Source of the DNA: Carcharhinus longimanus
Lineage: Eukaryota
Assembly (NCBI GenBank): GCA_030264375.1
Contig: JASCQW010000148.1
Coordinates: 13,695,411 to 13,759,410, forward strand
Direction: 5' to 3'
DNA length: 64,000 nt
A program made the translations under genes and the position numbers. Positions within the stretch are counted from its first letter, which is position 1. Each line of letters starts with the position of its first letter. Shown piece after piece: positions 13,215 to 25,650 of this stretch. Under the pieces are notes generated by a model, which was given only the letters and a program-made list of their open reading frames with translations, was not told where the DNA came from and ran no database searches.

Positions 13215-13480
13215 GCACAGTGGCTAGCAGTGCTACCTCACAACGCCAGGGACCTGGGTTCAATTTCTAGTTTGGGTCACTCTCTGCGCAGTCTGCATGT
13301 TATCCCAGAGTCTGCGTGGGTTACCTCCCACAGTCCAAAAAACATGTTAGATTGATGCATTGACCATGCTAAATTCTCCCTCAGTGTATCTGAGCAGGTG
13401 TCGGAGTATGGTGACTTTCACAGTAACTTCATTGCAATGTTAATGTAAAGTCTACTTGGGACTATTAAATAAACGTTAAC
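13215..13480 (+). mobile_element. tRNA-derived SINE
   Basis: tRNA-like head (cacagtggctagcagtgct...ggttcaattt); same family at 27520, 44115, 62605. Confidence 0.75.
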
Positions 13481-13558
13481 TGTAAAAAAAATTTGAAATA
13501 GTGCTATTAATTGAATTGCACAGGCTATGTTAGATACATATTTTCTCAGCCCTCTTAC

Positions 13559-13747
13559 CCTTTGCTGCTCTGCAAGTTCATTTTGCTTTTCTTCAATCTG
13601 TTGATGAAGTATGAATAACTCTTGTTGTTTTCGGTTTTCTTTCTCCAGATAGGCTTGGTATTTACATGCACTTTGATTTATGTTTTCCTTAAGTGTCAGC
13701 TGTTCTGCTTTTAACGCATCACGCTTCTTGGTGATATTCTTAAGGTC
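13559..13747 (-). CDS. CNTRL: CNTRL exon (DLKNITKKRDAL...QIEEKQNELAEQQR)
   Basis: tcttag acceptor, gtaaga donor, 189 nt. Confidence 0.92.
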
Positions 13748-14579
13748 CTAAGAAATCCGTGAAAGGCGAGTGACTATCTGACATGAGCATTTATTCACCT
13801 ATGCATAAAATACAAATTCTGCAAGAACTAAGTTACAATTAATTGAACAATTAAAAACCTAAATGCTTTGAGATTTATTTTCATTAAATTAACAATTTGC
13901 ACCATCTGCTTATATGCATTCTGTTTATAATTGTACAAGTCCTTTTTTAGTTCTATGAATCAATTTGGAAGATGAAACTAAGTTATTATATAGTTATTAA
14001 ATTGCATTATTCCTAAACTTTTAGTAGTTACATTGTTAAAATGGATTCTGTTGTGATGTTACATAATTAAATGCCATAAGTTGTTTATGGCTTTCTCAAC
14101 TAAACAGCACAACACAGAGAAAACACATCATTCTATTCACCTCAATCTCTATTTTTCACACATACCTGTAAGGTATATTGTCTGACACAACACAACAACC
14201 AGATGTGACACAAACTGGCACAAATCAATAAGTATGAAGAATATATTTTTGCATAACAGGATTACAGATTGCCATTCATTGACAGTGTATCTTGAAAATG
14301 GATGGCAATTGCTTTGTCATGTGGTGAGGCCTTTAATTAAATTAATACCACAATCTTACTTTAAAAGTAATATCTCACCATTTTGACCTCTATCAAAATC
14401 ATGCCATTGCAAATTATTTTGATGTACTAACATCTCATTTTGTTTTCTTTGCTCTCGCCCTCATTTCTTTTGATGACAATCTAACTCCTTCCACATTAAC
14501 AATTTAAACAAAGTTCAAAAGTCAGTAGAAATAAGTCATAGGAACATCCCTCTGCATCTCAGTGCTCTGCCATCTCTCA

Positions 14580-15470
14580 CAAGTTACATAATGTGCTTCT
14601 TTTTTATTCTTCCTGCCAAAATGAACGATGATGCATTTTCCCAAATTATACTCCTATTACCAGATCTTTGTCCATTCACTTAACCTATCTATAACCCTCT
14701 GTGGTGTCCATATGTGCTCTTCACAGTTTAAATTCCTACCTATCTTTGTACCATCAGCAAATGTACTAATTATACCTTCTGTTCCTTCATCCAAATAATT
14801 TATACAAATTGTAAAAAATTGTGGCCCCAGCACTGATACCTGTGGCACACCATTTGCTACATTTTGCTAACCAGAAAATAATTATTTTATGCCTACTGTT
14901 TCCTGTTAATTAATCAATCTGCTACCCATGCCAATGTGTTAGTCCCTACACCATGAGCTTTTATTTTCTGTAATAAGCTTTGATTTAACACTTCTTAAAA
15001 TGCCTTCTTGAAATCCAGTAAAGTACATCCACTGGTTCCTTCCTATCTAACGCACGTTACTTCCTTAATGAACTCTAATAGCTTGGTTAACCATGACTTC
15101 CCTTTCACAAAACCAAGTTGACTCATTCTCCCAATGACAGATGTTAAGCTAACTGGCCTGCCGTTTTCTGCTTTCTCTCTCCCTCTCCTCTTGAACAAAG
15201 GCATCACATTTCCCATGTCTAGGGAATTTTGGAAAATTAAAACCAACCATTTCATGAGCCACTTCTTTCAAGACACTAAGATGGAGTCCCTCAAGACCCA
15301 GAGACTTGTCAGCCTTCAGTAAATACCACTTCCTTGGTGACTGAAATTTTCTTGAGTTATTCCCTTCTAATTGCTATTTTATTCTGAAATATTAGTTGTA
15401 GCCTCTCTAGTGAAGACCGATGCAATATAGCAGTTTGATTCATCTGCCATCTCCTTATTTTCCAATATTA
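14580..15470 (-). mobile_element. Decayed CR1 LINE ORF2 fragment
   Basis: RPVSLTSVIG, PQVSVLGPQFFTICIN, FADGTKIG motifs on minus strand. Confidence 0.85.
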
Positions 15471-15635
15471 TGCAACGGTCAAAGTTCAAACATTAAATTG
15501 CAGTCCAATTTTTGATAATTACTCGGTAATATTGTTTAAAATAGTTTACTTGTGTTTCTACTTGTTCTTAAACCTGACAGCAAACTCCATATTAACGCTC
15601 AGTGTGTTCAACTTCAAGTTAAGTCATGGAATTAC

Positions 15636-15709
15636 CTGGTCTGCTGACTGTAGCTGTTCTTTGGTACCTCTGAGATTATCTGTCACCATTTCCAGTTCTG
15701 CCTTTTTCT
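15636..15709 (-). CDS. CNTRL: CNTRL short exon (KKAELEMVTDNLRGTKEQLQSADQ)
   Basis: gaatag acceptor (weak pyrimidine tract), gtaatt donor; 74 nt restores phase. Confidence 0.85.
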
Positions 15710-16312
15710 CTATTCAATAGAAATATTTTCTGATTAAGTATGAAACTTTTCACAATTTAAATATTTTTGTATTTCCTTTACTGAAGATTGTTGTAAAGAC
15801 AAATGAGAAAAATTTCAACAGTGTGAGTCTCCAGAACAATCTGTTGATATAAATGCAGCAAAGCAAGACTTCTGCTTACCCAATGATCCCACCAGAAATC
15901 AGCTACTTTCAATATTGCCGGATAGGGGAAAGATGCATATGCAATTGACTGTTCACACCAGGAGATGTGGAAAATAGGTGAAGGTGGGGAAAATTGGGGA
16001 TTTTCAGACAAACCTGCATGCTACCACGGAGGTCCAACGTGTCAAAACATTCTGCAATTTCAGCTTTCATTTAGTATTAAATTCTTCCATACTTGAATCA
16101 GCTACTTCCATCTTATTCTTTGCCAAACAGAATGTAACCATACCACAGCTTCTGATTTTACTGTTTCTTGCTAATTTGACCAACTGAAAACAAGTCTTCA
16201 GAAGGCAGATTAGATAAATGCGGCAGCCATTCAGCAGCCCATGGCATAACAATAACTGGCTGCCAGTCTGGAGTGCCAGCATTTTGTACTTTGAGCTTGC
16301 AAATTTACATAC

Positions 16313-16470
16313 CTTGCAGACAGGTTTCCATATCTCCTATATTTTCATTTAGCTCTTCCTTCCAGATGTTCTTTTGATTGATTTCTTGATTCAGTTCACC
16401 TATCTCAGTTTGTAGTTTCTGCAATTTATTCACAGCATTTCTGTTATTGTCTTCGCTTACTTCAAAGGCT
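16313..16470 (-). CDS. CNTRL: CNTRL exon (AFEVSEDNN...METCLQ)
   Basis: ttccag acceptor, gtatgt donor, 158 nt, phases 2/1. Confidence 0.9.
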
Positions 16471-17010
16471 CTGGAACAGCAAAAGTGTAAATCATAAAGT
16501 ATATTTATGTAGCCAGTTGAACTCCAAATACCCATTTAGAATTTAATGGTTTCAGTATTTTTTAATGAAAGCACATCAAAATGTGTGGGGAAATACAGAA
16601 ATAGGTTACCAGTGATATTGTTTTGGATTCAAATGAAAATTTGAAAAGAGGACACTGCACAATATAAAATACAGGCAGCTCCAAACAGATACCGCAGCAA
16701 TAAATTATAAAAAAGTTTTTCTTTTATTTCATATAGCGCTCTTTATAACCTCAGGATACCACAAAGCATTTTGCAACCAATGAAGCATATTACAATTCTG
16801 TAAATATATTACAATTATAATTAACTTTATGAAGTTACAATGTTTTGGGACTGTCTCTTTTCAGGCAAAATTAAAGGGGTCATGTGACCTATTCTCAAGT
16901 GTGCCTGGGTGATTTGATTGTTAGAAATTAAAGGGTTTTACTGGATAGAAGGATGTGATTGCACTATAGAGGGTACAGAAGAGATTCACCAGGATGTCGG
17001 CCGGACCAGA

Positions 17011-17078
17011 GGGGTTTCAGCTATTAAAAGAGGTTGGTTAGGCTGGGGTTTCAGCTATTAAAAGAGGTTGGTTAGGCT
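17011..17078 (+). repeat. Exact 34-bp tandem duplication within a CR1 fragment
   Basis: ggggtttcagctattaaaagaggttggttaggct occurs twice in a row. Confidence 0.95.
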
Positions 17079-18500
17079 GGGGTTTTCTTTTGAACAGAGA
17101 AGATCGTGGGGGAGACTTGACCGAGATGCACAAAATTAAATGGGACATAAGATAGGGTAGATAGGAAAGAACTTTATCTGCACTAGAAGGATCAATAAGC
17201 AGGGGACATAGATTTAAGTAAAAGGTAGGAGATTTAGAGGGGACATGAGAAAAAACTATGAATCCCTCTGAAGCACAGAATATCCGAGATTCATTCAGGT
17301 GAGTACACCCAAAAAAAAGGGTGGGAAAATCTTCTGTTTTTCCACCCGTTGGACACTTAGGTTTTTTTGGGAGAATCCCAACCATAGTGTTTAGTCAATA
17401 GTACTTGTGGTTTTTTTGTTATAGTGAGTCTTAAAATGTGAAAACTTGTATTGTTATTCTTTCAGCTAGCTATTAATTGGAAGCTCAAATTTATTCTTGA
17501 AATTATGGGTCTCAACAGAGATTGTAACAAGTATTTTTGAAATGTAATCATTACTTAATCTGGTAAACATGGCAGCCAATTAATGACTAGTGAGATCTCA
17601 AACCAGTAATAAAATAAATGACCAAATCATTTATTTCAGGTATTGATTGAGGGATAAATATTGGCCAGGACACCAGAAGAATTCCCTTGCTATATTAAAT
17701 ACTGCCGTGAGATCTTTGATGTCTCATTTAAAAGGCAATGCCTCTAACACTGCAGCATTTCCTCAATACTGCAAGGAAACACTAGCCTAGATTATGTGCT
17801 CAAATCTCTGACTTTGACTCCACAATCTGGTGATTCAGTAGTGAACCCTATGTCAAAAAGGGTAACTGATCTGTTCTCTCCACAGATGGTGACTGATTTG
17901 CGGGGAATTTCCTGCCCTTTTTTAGATTCAGTTTTGTGGCAATTGGATATTCTTTAATTTTTTTTGGTTTGTATGTGGTTAAACATGATGGATAAACAAA
18001 TGTGAAGTTACAGTGTCTAATGGTTAGGAACTAAGTTATGAGGCTTGCCAACAATACTGGTTATCTATGCTACTTAATCTGGCATATTTGTGGGGAGGTG
18101 GTGGCTGAGTGGTATTGTCACTGGACTAGTAATCCAGAGACCCAGGGTAATGTTCTGGTTCGAAATCTACCACAGTTGATTATGAAATTTGAATTCAATA
18201 ATTTGAAATTAAAAGCCTTATGTTAATCATGAAACCATTTTCGATTGTTGCAAAAACCCATTAATGCCATTTAGGGAAGAAATCTGCCACCTGGTCTGAC
18301 TCCAGACACGGAGCAATGTGATTTACTCCTAAATGCCCTCTGAAATGGCCAAGCAAGCCACTCAATTAAAGGGCAATTAGGGATGGGCAATAAGTGCTAG
18401 TCTAGCCAGTGAAGCTTACAACCCTGAACGAATAAAAAAAAGTTATTGCTAGATGTGCTAGTTTTTATCTGGCATGGGACTATCTAGCTCTGCTCCTTAC

Positions 18501-18718
18501 TTTTTTGCCTGAGTAAATTTGTTCTCCAGTACAAGGAAATTCCCCTTCATGTGGCTTCTCTCTCTCTCCAGAGATTCAATACTGTGCTGAAGGGAATTTA
18601 TCTTGGTGTTCAGCTGGTCTACATCTTGCCGATCCTTCTCAATAAGCTGCTTTTGATGGTCTATTTCTGCTCGTTGACACTGAGAGGCAAGTTGCAGGTT
18701 TTCTAGTTCACTCTTCTC
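18501..18718 (-). CDS. CNTRL: CNTRL exon (EKSELENLQ...QKQLIEKD...)
   Basis: cttcag acceptor, gtaagg donor, 218 nt. Confidence 0.94.
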
Positions 18719-20952
18719 CTGAAGCAAAATGACGTTTATATGAGTACAGTAAAAATGAATCATGCAACATTGCCCAAAGAAGTCCTACTCTGGCAATATC
18801 CAGGGGTTTTTGTTACAAAATATCTTACGTGCAAGTTATAGTGATGAATATTCTTGAACGTAGCATGCATTTTTGTGGAACAAAAGTTCAAATTTTATAT
18901 TATTATACCTGTCATACTGTCACTGACCATTAGAAAACAAAACGTGAGTGCTTTTACACAATAACACAATATGTTACTTACAAATAAATGACATGGTACT
19001 ATGAACTAGTGTAATAAAAAAGGACCAAAAGTTTTATAAAGGGCGAAGATACATTCCTTTATCTGGATTGTTCTAAGTTTACGAACTGCCTTAGGTATTT
19101 TGTTCATAACACAACAATTTACCTGCTGTAACAACTAGCCAAGACAGGGCATGAAAATGCCCTTTTTCTCTGAGTAACAGCACTTCGCTTGCACCATTCA
19201 ATAAGAATTAAATGCAAAAAGGAAAAGCTGCTTATGTTGAATGATTTAACCCATAGCACTTATCGCCTAAAACCACCTGGCATAAAAAACACATCTTGTT
19301 GATTAGGGACCAAAAAAGGAGCTTTCATTGTGGAGGCAGAGGGCAAGATTGAGGTACTAAATTCACTATAGAAAAGAATGCTCCAATGTCACAGTAAAGG
19401 AGGAAGTAAGAGAGCAATTGAATAGATTAAAAAGGCAATGGTTGGTAGCACTCAAGTAGAGAAGTCTCCTGGTCTGGTTAGGCTGCATTGGGTGAATAGG
19501 TTAAAAATTGTGGCGGTTCTAGCCATAATCTTCCACTCTTCCTCCAATATGGGGTGGTGTCAGAGGTCTAGAGAACTGTAAATGTTACACTCATGTTCAA
19601 AAATAGGGAAGAGGGATAAATCTGGCCAAAGCCTAATGTTGGTAGTGGATAATTTTTCCAATGCTAATGATATGAAACAAAATTAAGTGGCACTTGGAAA
19701 AGTATGGGTTAATAGATGAAGGCCAGCAGATTTGTTAGGCATAAATTATGTTTGATTAACTTGTTAAACTTGGGAATACAGGGACAGGTAGGCATTTAGC
19801 TCAGAGAACCTGTTCTCATTCACTGAGATCATGAGTTATCTATAAGTGAATTCCATTAACATATATGCCTCTGTCCCCTCATATTTATAACACAGATCAA
19901 CCTCAGACTTAAAATTAACACCGATTACTGTTTGCAGGAGCAAATTCCAATTTTTCTATCAGCTTTTGTCTGTAGAGTGTTCCCTCATTTCATTCTTGAA
20001 TAATCTGTATCTAATTTTTAGACTATTCCTCAGTTCTAGATTTCTGAACCTGCAACGATTGCTTTTATTCCTCAATCCTATTTGTTCCCGAATATCATGA
20101 AAATGTTAAGTCACTAAACTTTTTAAAATTCCAGAGAACATAGCAATAGTTTCTTTAATCTCTCTTCATAATTTAACCTTTGGAGTCCAGGCATTATTGT
20201 GTTAATCAAGGCTGCTAAAAGCGTGATGTCCAGAATTGCTCACAATACTCCACAGCTAAACAGCTCTTTGAGCAGCTGTAACATGGCTTCTACCCTTGGT
20301 ATTCTAGTCCTCCAGACATAACGATTAGCATTCCACTGTCCTACTTAATTATCTTCTGTACCTTTTCAAACATATGCCCTAGTGTCCCCCAAGTCTCTTT
20401 GTTTTCACAATTTAATAAGTTACCTATTCTATTCTGTTTCGGTCCAAAGTGGATGATCTATCATTTGCTTTTATTGAAATCTATTTGCCGTGATGTTGTG
20501 CATTCACTCAAAAGAAAGTGAAGAGTTGGTAATGAAAAGTTGGTGTACGCATCATGGTGATGTTGTGTATATGGACTTTCAAAAGGCAGTTGATAAAAGT
20601 ATCAGATAATGGCATTGTTAGCAGAAGTGAAGGTCATGGAATTAATAGGGGCAGTGGCTGTGTGGATATGAAATTGACTAAAGGACAGAAAGCAAAGAGT
20701 AGATGTGAATATTGTTTTTCAGGCTGTAGGGAAACGTGCAGAACTTACCATTGAGGTCACTGTTGTGAACATTGCATGCCCATAATTGCTGAAATAAACC
20801 CCCCCTCGAAATGTCATGTTAGCCCTTATATTCATATGTAGCAACGTCATTAATGTATTCAAAAACAATGCATTTATAATGTCATTACTCAGGAGTCATT
20901 CTTTTGCCAGTCTGTGAAGGTTACAGAGTATTTTGTTATACAAATTACAGAC

Positions 20953-21068
20953 CTCCCGTAGCACAGCTTGTGTCCTCTCCAGCTCCTTAACTTTCAGCTC
21001 ATGGTGCTGTTTCAATTCGAATAGTTCATCATTTTCTAACTGCACCATTTCCAGAACATGTTTCAGCT
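20953..21068 (-). CDS. CNTRL: CNTRL exon (LKHVLEMVQLEN...ELERTQAVLRE)
   Basis: ccttag acceptor, gtctgt donor, 116 nt. Confidence 0.93.
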
Positions 21069-21659
21069 CTAAGGAAAAAAGATTAGAAAACAAAATCTGG
21101 TTTTGACTGAGGCAAGAGTAAGAAGAGAAAAGAAAATACAACCAAAGAATATTCTTTTATCTCGACTGGTTTAAAGCTGAAGTTAGGTTTTGTTACCAAC
21201 AGCTCATCATACATGTATTATTGATTAATAGTAAGACCGAAATGACAATGACATGCTACACTAATTTTGCATTCCTGCTTGCAATTGATCTCAATAACGG
21301 GAAAACATGGAGAACAAAGTTGCCTTCGTTAACTCATTGTCTAACCATTAAAAAAGTAAAAGCAAAATACTGCGGATGCTGGAATCTGAAAGAAAAACAA
21401 AAAAATGCTGGAAACTCTTAGCAGATCTGACAGCATCTGTGGGCAGAGAATACAGCCAACATTTCTATCTGACGGAAGATCATCTAGACTTGAAATGTTG
21501 GCTCTATTTTCTCCTCACAGATGTTGTCAGACCTGCTGAGATTTTCCAGCATTTTCTACTTTTGCATTAAAAAAGTAAAACTATTCCTTTGTGTGAATAG
21601 GATGAAATAAAACAGCAATTGTCCAATACAAATTTACTTTTAGAGTTAATCTACAGAAT

Positions 21660-22158
21660 GGAACTGTGAGGATAAAGGAGTGCAAGGAGGAGCGAGATTG
21701 AGAATGGAGCCAGGAGGATAAGGGAGCGAGATTGAGAGTGGAGTGCTAGCTTGGAGTTTGGAACTCCTGAGGTGACATCAGGGGCAGTAGGAGTAGCTGA
21801 TTGGGCGAGTATGATTGGATTAAGTAATTGCTTTTAGTTTGTAAGGACTTCTTTGTGGTTTTTATTTTGTAAGGTCTATACACTGTTGTAATGCAGACTA
21901 TGGGGCAAGGGCCCTAGAGTAATTCATATTATTTAATTTTGAATATCTTCCAAAAGGTTTAATTTATTGGATCAGCCATGGCAGGAGAGTTCAAAGCCAT
22001 GGTGTGCTCGTCCTGCTCTACGTGGGAGGCTGGGAACATTTCCGGTGCCCAGGGCCAGCATATGTGCAGCATATGTCTCCAGCTGCAGCTCCTGGAAGTC
22101 TGAGTTTTGGAATTGGAGTGGCGGCTGGAGACACTGTAGAGAATCCATATGTGGACAG
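21660..22158 (+). mobile_element. CR1-type LINE 5' end / ORF1 start
   Basis: MAGEFKAMVCSSCSTWE..HMCSICLQLQLLE, a CxxC..CxxC ORF1 N-terminus. Confidence 0.7.
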
Positions 22159-22258
22159 NNNNNNNNNNNNNNNNNNNNNNNNNNNNNNNNNNNNNNNNNN
22201 NNNNNNNNNNNNNNNNNNNNNNNNNNNNNNNNNNNNNNNNNNNNNNNNNNNNNNNNNN

Positions 22259-22672
22259 ACACATAACGCAGAATCGCCGAGCAAAAACTGATAGTCAAGT
22301 TCCACATGCATGAGGATGGCATCAATCGAGATCTTGGGTTCATGTCACACTACATTTAACTCCCACCACTTGGCCTGGGCTTGCAAAATCCCACTAACTG
22401 TCCTGGCTCAAGACCATTCACATCTCTTCAACTTGGATTATCCCTCTCTCCACTCAACTTGTCTGTACCTGCAAAGACTCGCATTCCAACCATTATTTTG
22501 CAATTGCGTCTCTGTCTATGCCATGTTTGTGAACCCAACTCTCCACTCACCTGAGGAAGGAGCAGTGCTCCGAAAACTCATAATTCCAAATAAATCTGTT
22601 GGACTTTAATCTGGTGTTGTGAGAATTCTTACTATGCCCACCCCAGTCCAACGCCGGCATCTTCACATCATG
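22259..22672 (+). mobile_element. Penelope-like element 3' end with degenerate hammerhead (22548-22582)
   Basis: RIAEQKLIVKF...GINRDLGFMSHY GIY-YIG C-terminus; cac-ctgagga-a-ggagc-agt-gctcc-gaaa. Confidence 0.85.
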
Positions 22673-22689
22673 GACATTGGGATAGGCAA

Positions 22690-23190
22690 TGAGCAGCACC
22701 TCAAGGAGAGTGCAAGAGGACGACACCAGCACAGACAGTCAGCACCACAAAAAGGGGAGCACGAGAGGAGGATACTGGGACAGGCATTAGCACCACCTAA
22801 ATAAGAGTGTGAGGGGAGGACACTGGGACAGACAGCAGTGCTCAGAGGAGAGTGAGAGAGGAGGATACCGAGACAGTCAGCAGTGCCTCGAGGAGAGGGC
22901 AAGAAGAAGACACAGGCAGTCAGCAACATATAGAGGAGAGGGCAATAGAAGGGTACCAGGACATTCAGCAATGCCTAGAAGAGGAGAATAGGATACTGTC
23001 ACTCCAGGTCAGACAGTCAGTAGCACCAAGAGGAGACTGTGAGAGGAGGACACCAGGACAACCAGCAGCACCTAGAGGACAGTGTGAAAGGAGGACACTG
23101 TGACAGATAGCAGCACATAAAGGGGAGTATGAGAGGACATCGGGACATACGGTCAGCACACCTAGATCAAAGTGTGTGAGGAGGCTGAAA
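22690..23190 (+). repeat. Degenerate purine-rich minisatellite, ~40-45-bp unit, ~11-12 copies
   Basis: Recurring cagcacctagaggagagtgtgagaggaggacac(t)gggacagacag(t) motif. Confidence 0.8.
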
Positions 23191-23219
23191 ACAGCACAAG
23201 AATGTAGTAAGATTGCTGA

Positions 23220-23975
23220 GTGCTAATTTGGAGCTCCCAAGGTGATGTCAGGATTCAACATGATGCAAGGCAAGTGGAGGTAGTTGATTGGCTGAGCATT
23301 GTTTACTACTTTTATTACTGATAGCTTGTTACGTTATTATTTTATGGTTTATAGTTTGTAAGGGCTGTACTCTGTAATAATGAAGCCCAGGGAAGAAGAG
23401 CCCTACAGTAATCAATGCTTTTTTATGCAGCTTTCAAAGGTTTAATTTAAAGGGATAAGCTGTGGCTGGAAAGCTCAAAGCCACGGTTTTGTTTTTCTGT
23501 TCCATGTGGAAGCCGGGAACATTTCCAGTGCCCAGGGCCAGCATGTGTGCAGCAAGCTGCTCCAGCTGCAGCTTTTGGAAGCCTGGGTTTCAGAGCAGGA
23601 GAGGCAGCTTGGGACGTTGTGAAGATCCATGAGGCAGAGTATCGTGGATAGCACGTAAAGCGAGATGGTCACACCTCAGGCTAAGACTTTACATGCAGGA
23701 AAGGAATAGGTGACCACCAGGCAAGTGGATAAGACAGGCAGTGCAGGAATCTTCTGTGGCTATTCCCTTGCAAAACAGATATACCACTTTGGGTACTGGA
23801 CTTTAATCTGGTGTTGTGAGAATTCTTACTATGCCCACCCCAGTTGGGAGTAATGACCTTTCAGGGAAAAGTAACAGCAGCCGAATTTGTTGCATCGCAT
23901 TGGTTCTGCTGCACAGGAGTACAAAATATGGGAATGCAATAGTCATAGGGGATTCAACTGTAAAGAGAATAGGTC
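23220..23975 (+). mobile_element. Second CR1-type ORF1 relic (zinc-finger region to esterase motif)
   Basis: Similar to 21760-22158; AIVIGDSTV (SGNH/GDSL esterase block I) near 23935-23962. Confidence 0.7.
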
Positions 23976-24002
23976 AAGAATAATCAGGAAATTAATGATG
24001 CA

Positions 24003-25650
24003 TGTTGCAATAAACTTATCAAGGCCAGTTTTCCATCACCGATCATCCTTTACTTAGAGTGTGCTCGGAATGCTGTTTATCAGCCACAGAGTGCAGTTCA
24101 GCCCCGATTCTTTTGATTGCTGGCCTGAGTGGAGCCAGCTGGTTTTGAACCCCCCGATGTTCCTTCCCTATGGGGCGAGACTCATATTTTATGAGACCCA
24201 TGAGGAGATCGATTGACAATCCCATGTGGCCATCAAAACATCCCCCCCTCCTCAAGTCTGTTTCTTCCCCGCACCTCTGCCCTCGTGGACCTTTCCTGCC
24301 ACTTTGAGATCGCCCTGGGGTCGATGGAGGCAGGACCAGATCGGGGTGTGGAGAAGTCTTTGATTCTCTTGACATGATTCACACCATCTGACCAAGTGTC
24401 TGCGTCAAGCTCAGGCCACCATATATAGTTCCTGGCTAGCATTTTCACCTTTGAAATCCCAGGGTGGATATAGTGTAATTCCACTTGTACCATCCATTGT
24501 CCTGGGCGAGGGACAACTATGCTAGAATACCATAGGATGATGCCATTAACACTGAGTGTCTTTTTTTTGTTAAATAGCATTTCATTTCATTTGAGGACTA
24601 TCTTCTGAATCACCCATATAATATTTAATGTTTTAATTTAGTTAGGACTGGGTCCTTTTGCATCCAGGCCTTGATTTACCTTGCAGACATCAGCAAGGTG
24701 TGCAAAAATTGAGGCTCATTACAACCTCTTCCACATCATGTAATAAAGTTGGGCTTATGGGCAATAGCAAATGACTCAATGTATTGGTGTTAGCTATCTG
24801 GTCCTGGGGCGTGCTCTAGAAGGGATGCATAAGGCACCGTTAACAAGGCCTAATGCTGTATACAGGCGGAGGCAATGAAGGGTATTGCCTTGTATTCTTC
24901 AAAAAAAAGTTCCAGCAATGGTTTATGATCAATTACTGTGATGAAGCATGCATACACAGATGTAATGATGGAGTATTTTAAGTCAAAAACTACAGTCGAC
25001 CCTTGGAGATCCGGGAATACTTCCACTCAGCTTCCGAGAGGATCCTTCCATCTCTCCAACAACATGCTCCAACCCCATATGGGGAGGCATCATATGTCAA
25101 AATAAGGTTATTTTTGGTGTCAAAATGGGCTAATAAATTAGAGGACAAAAATTGATGTCTAATGTGTTGAAAGCCTCCAGCTGTGGCACACATTCCATAC
25201 ACCACGCCCCCCTGCCCCATATCACCTTTAATGTTTTCATAGAAGGGTGTGCAAGGGAATCAGTGAAGAAGCTAAATTTGGAAGAAATAATTCACTAACC
25301 TCAATAAGGATTTCTATGAAGTTCCTGGAGTTGGCGTCACCTTAATGGGTATCACTTGTCCTCCACTTAATGAAGGCCCTTGCCATTCATCAAATAGCCC
25401 AAATAGACCACAACATTTACTTGCAAGACAATTATTCCCTTTTAGTCACACCCCAACCTCTGAGACTTGTCGCAAGACCTCTTCCAAGTTTGCTAAGTTC
25501 CTGTGACAATTTCCAGGTACTTTGTTATTTGGGGTAACCTCTAGAGTATGTTTTCCATGACCCATTGAAAAATGGTGCATGCAGGTGAGACCCTGAAGGC
25601 CATGTCGGTGTACTTGTATAATCCTTTGTGCATATTGTTGTGAAGTTGAA
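24003..25650 (-). mobile_element. Gypsy LTR retrotransposon relic (3' LTR ~24003-24240, PPT, integrase Zn-finger, RNase H, RT)
   Basis: ELHYIHPGISKVKMLARNYIWWP, TYDASPYGVGA; purine tract (minus) at 24241-24253 abuts a TG LTR start. Confidence 0.85.

Noticed and set aside
13215-13290. tRNA genes at SINE heads
   Set aside because: Degenerate tRNA-like heads joined to shared SINE bodies; no complete cloverleaf.
22690-23190. Repeat array superficially like CRISPR
   Set aside because: Units are degenerate and contiguous with no unique spacers; eukaryotic context and no cas genes.
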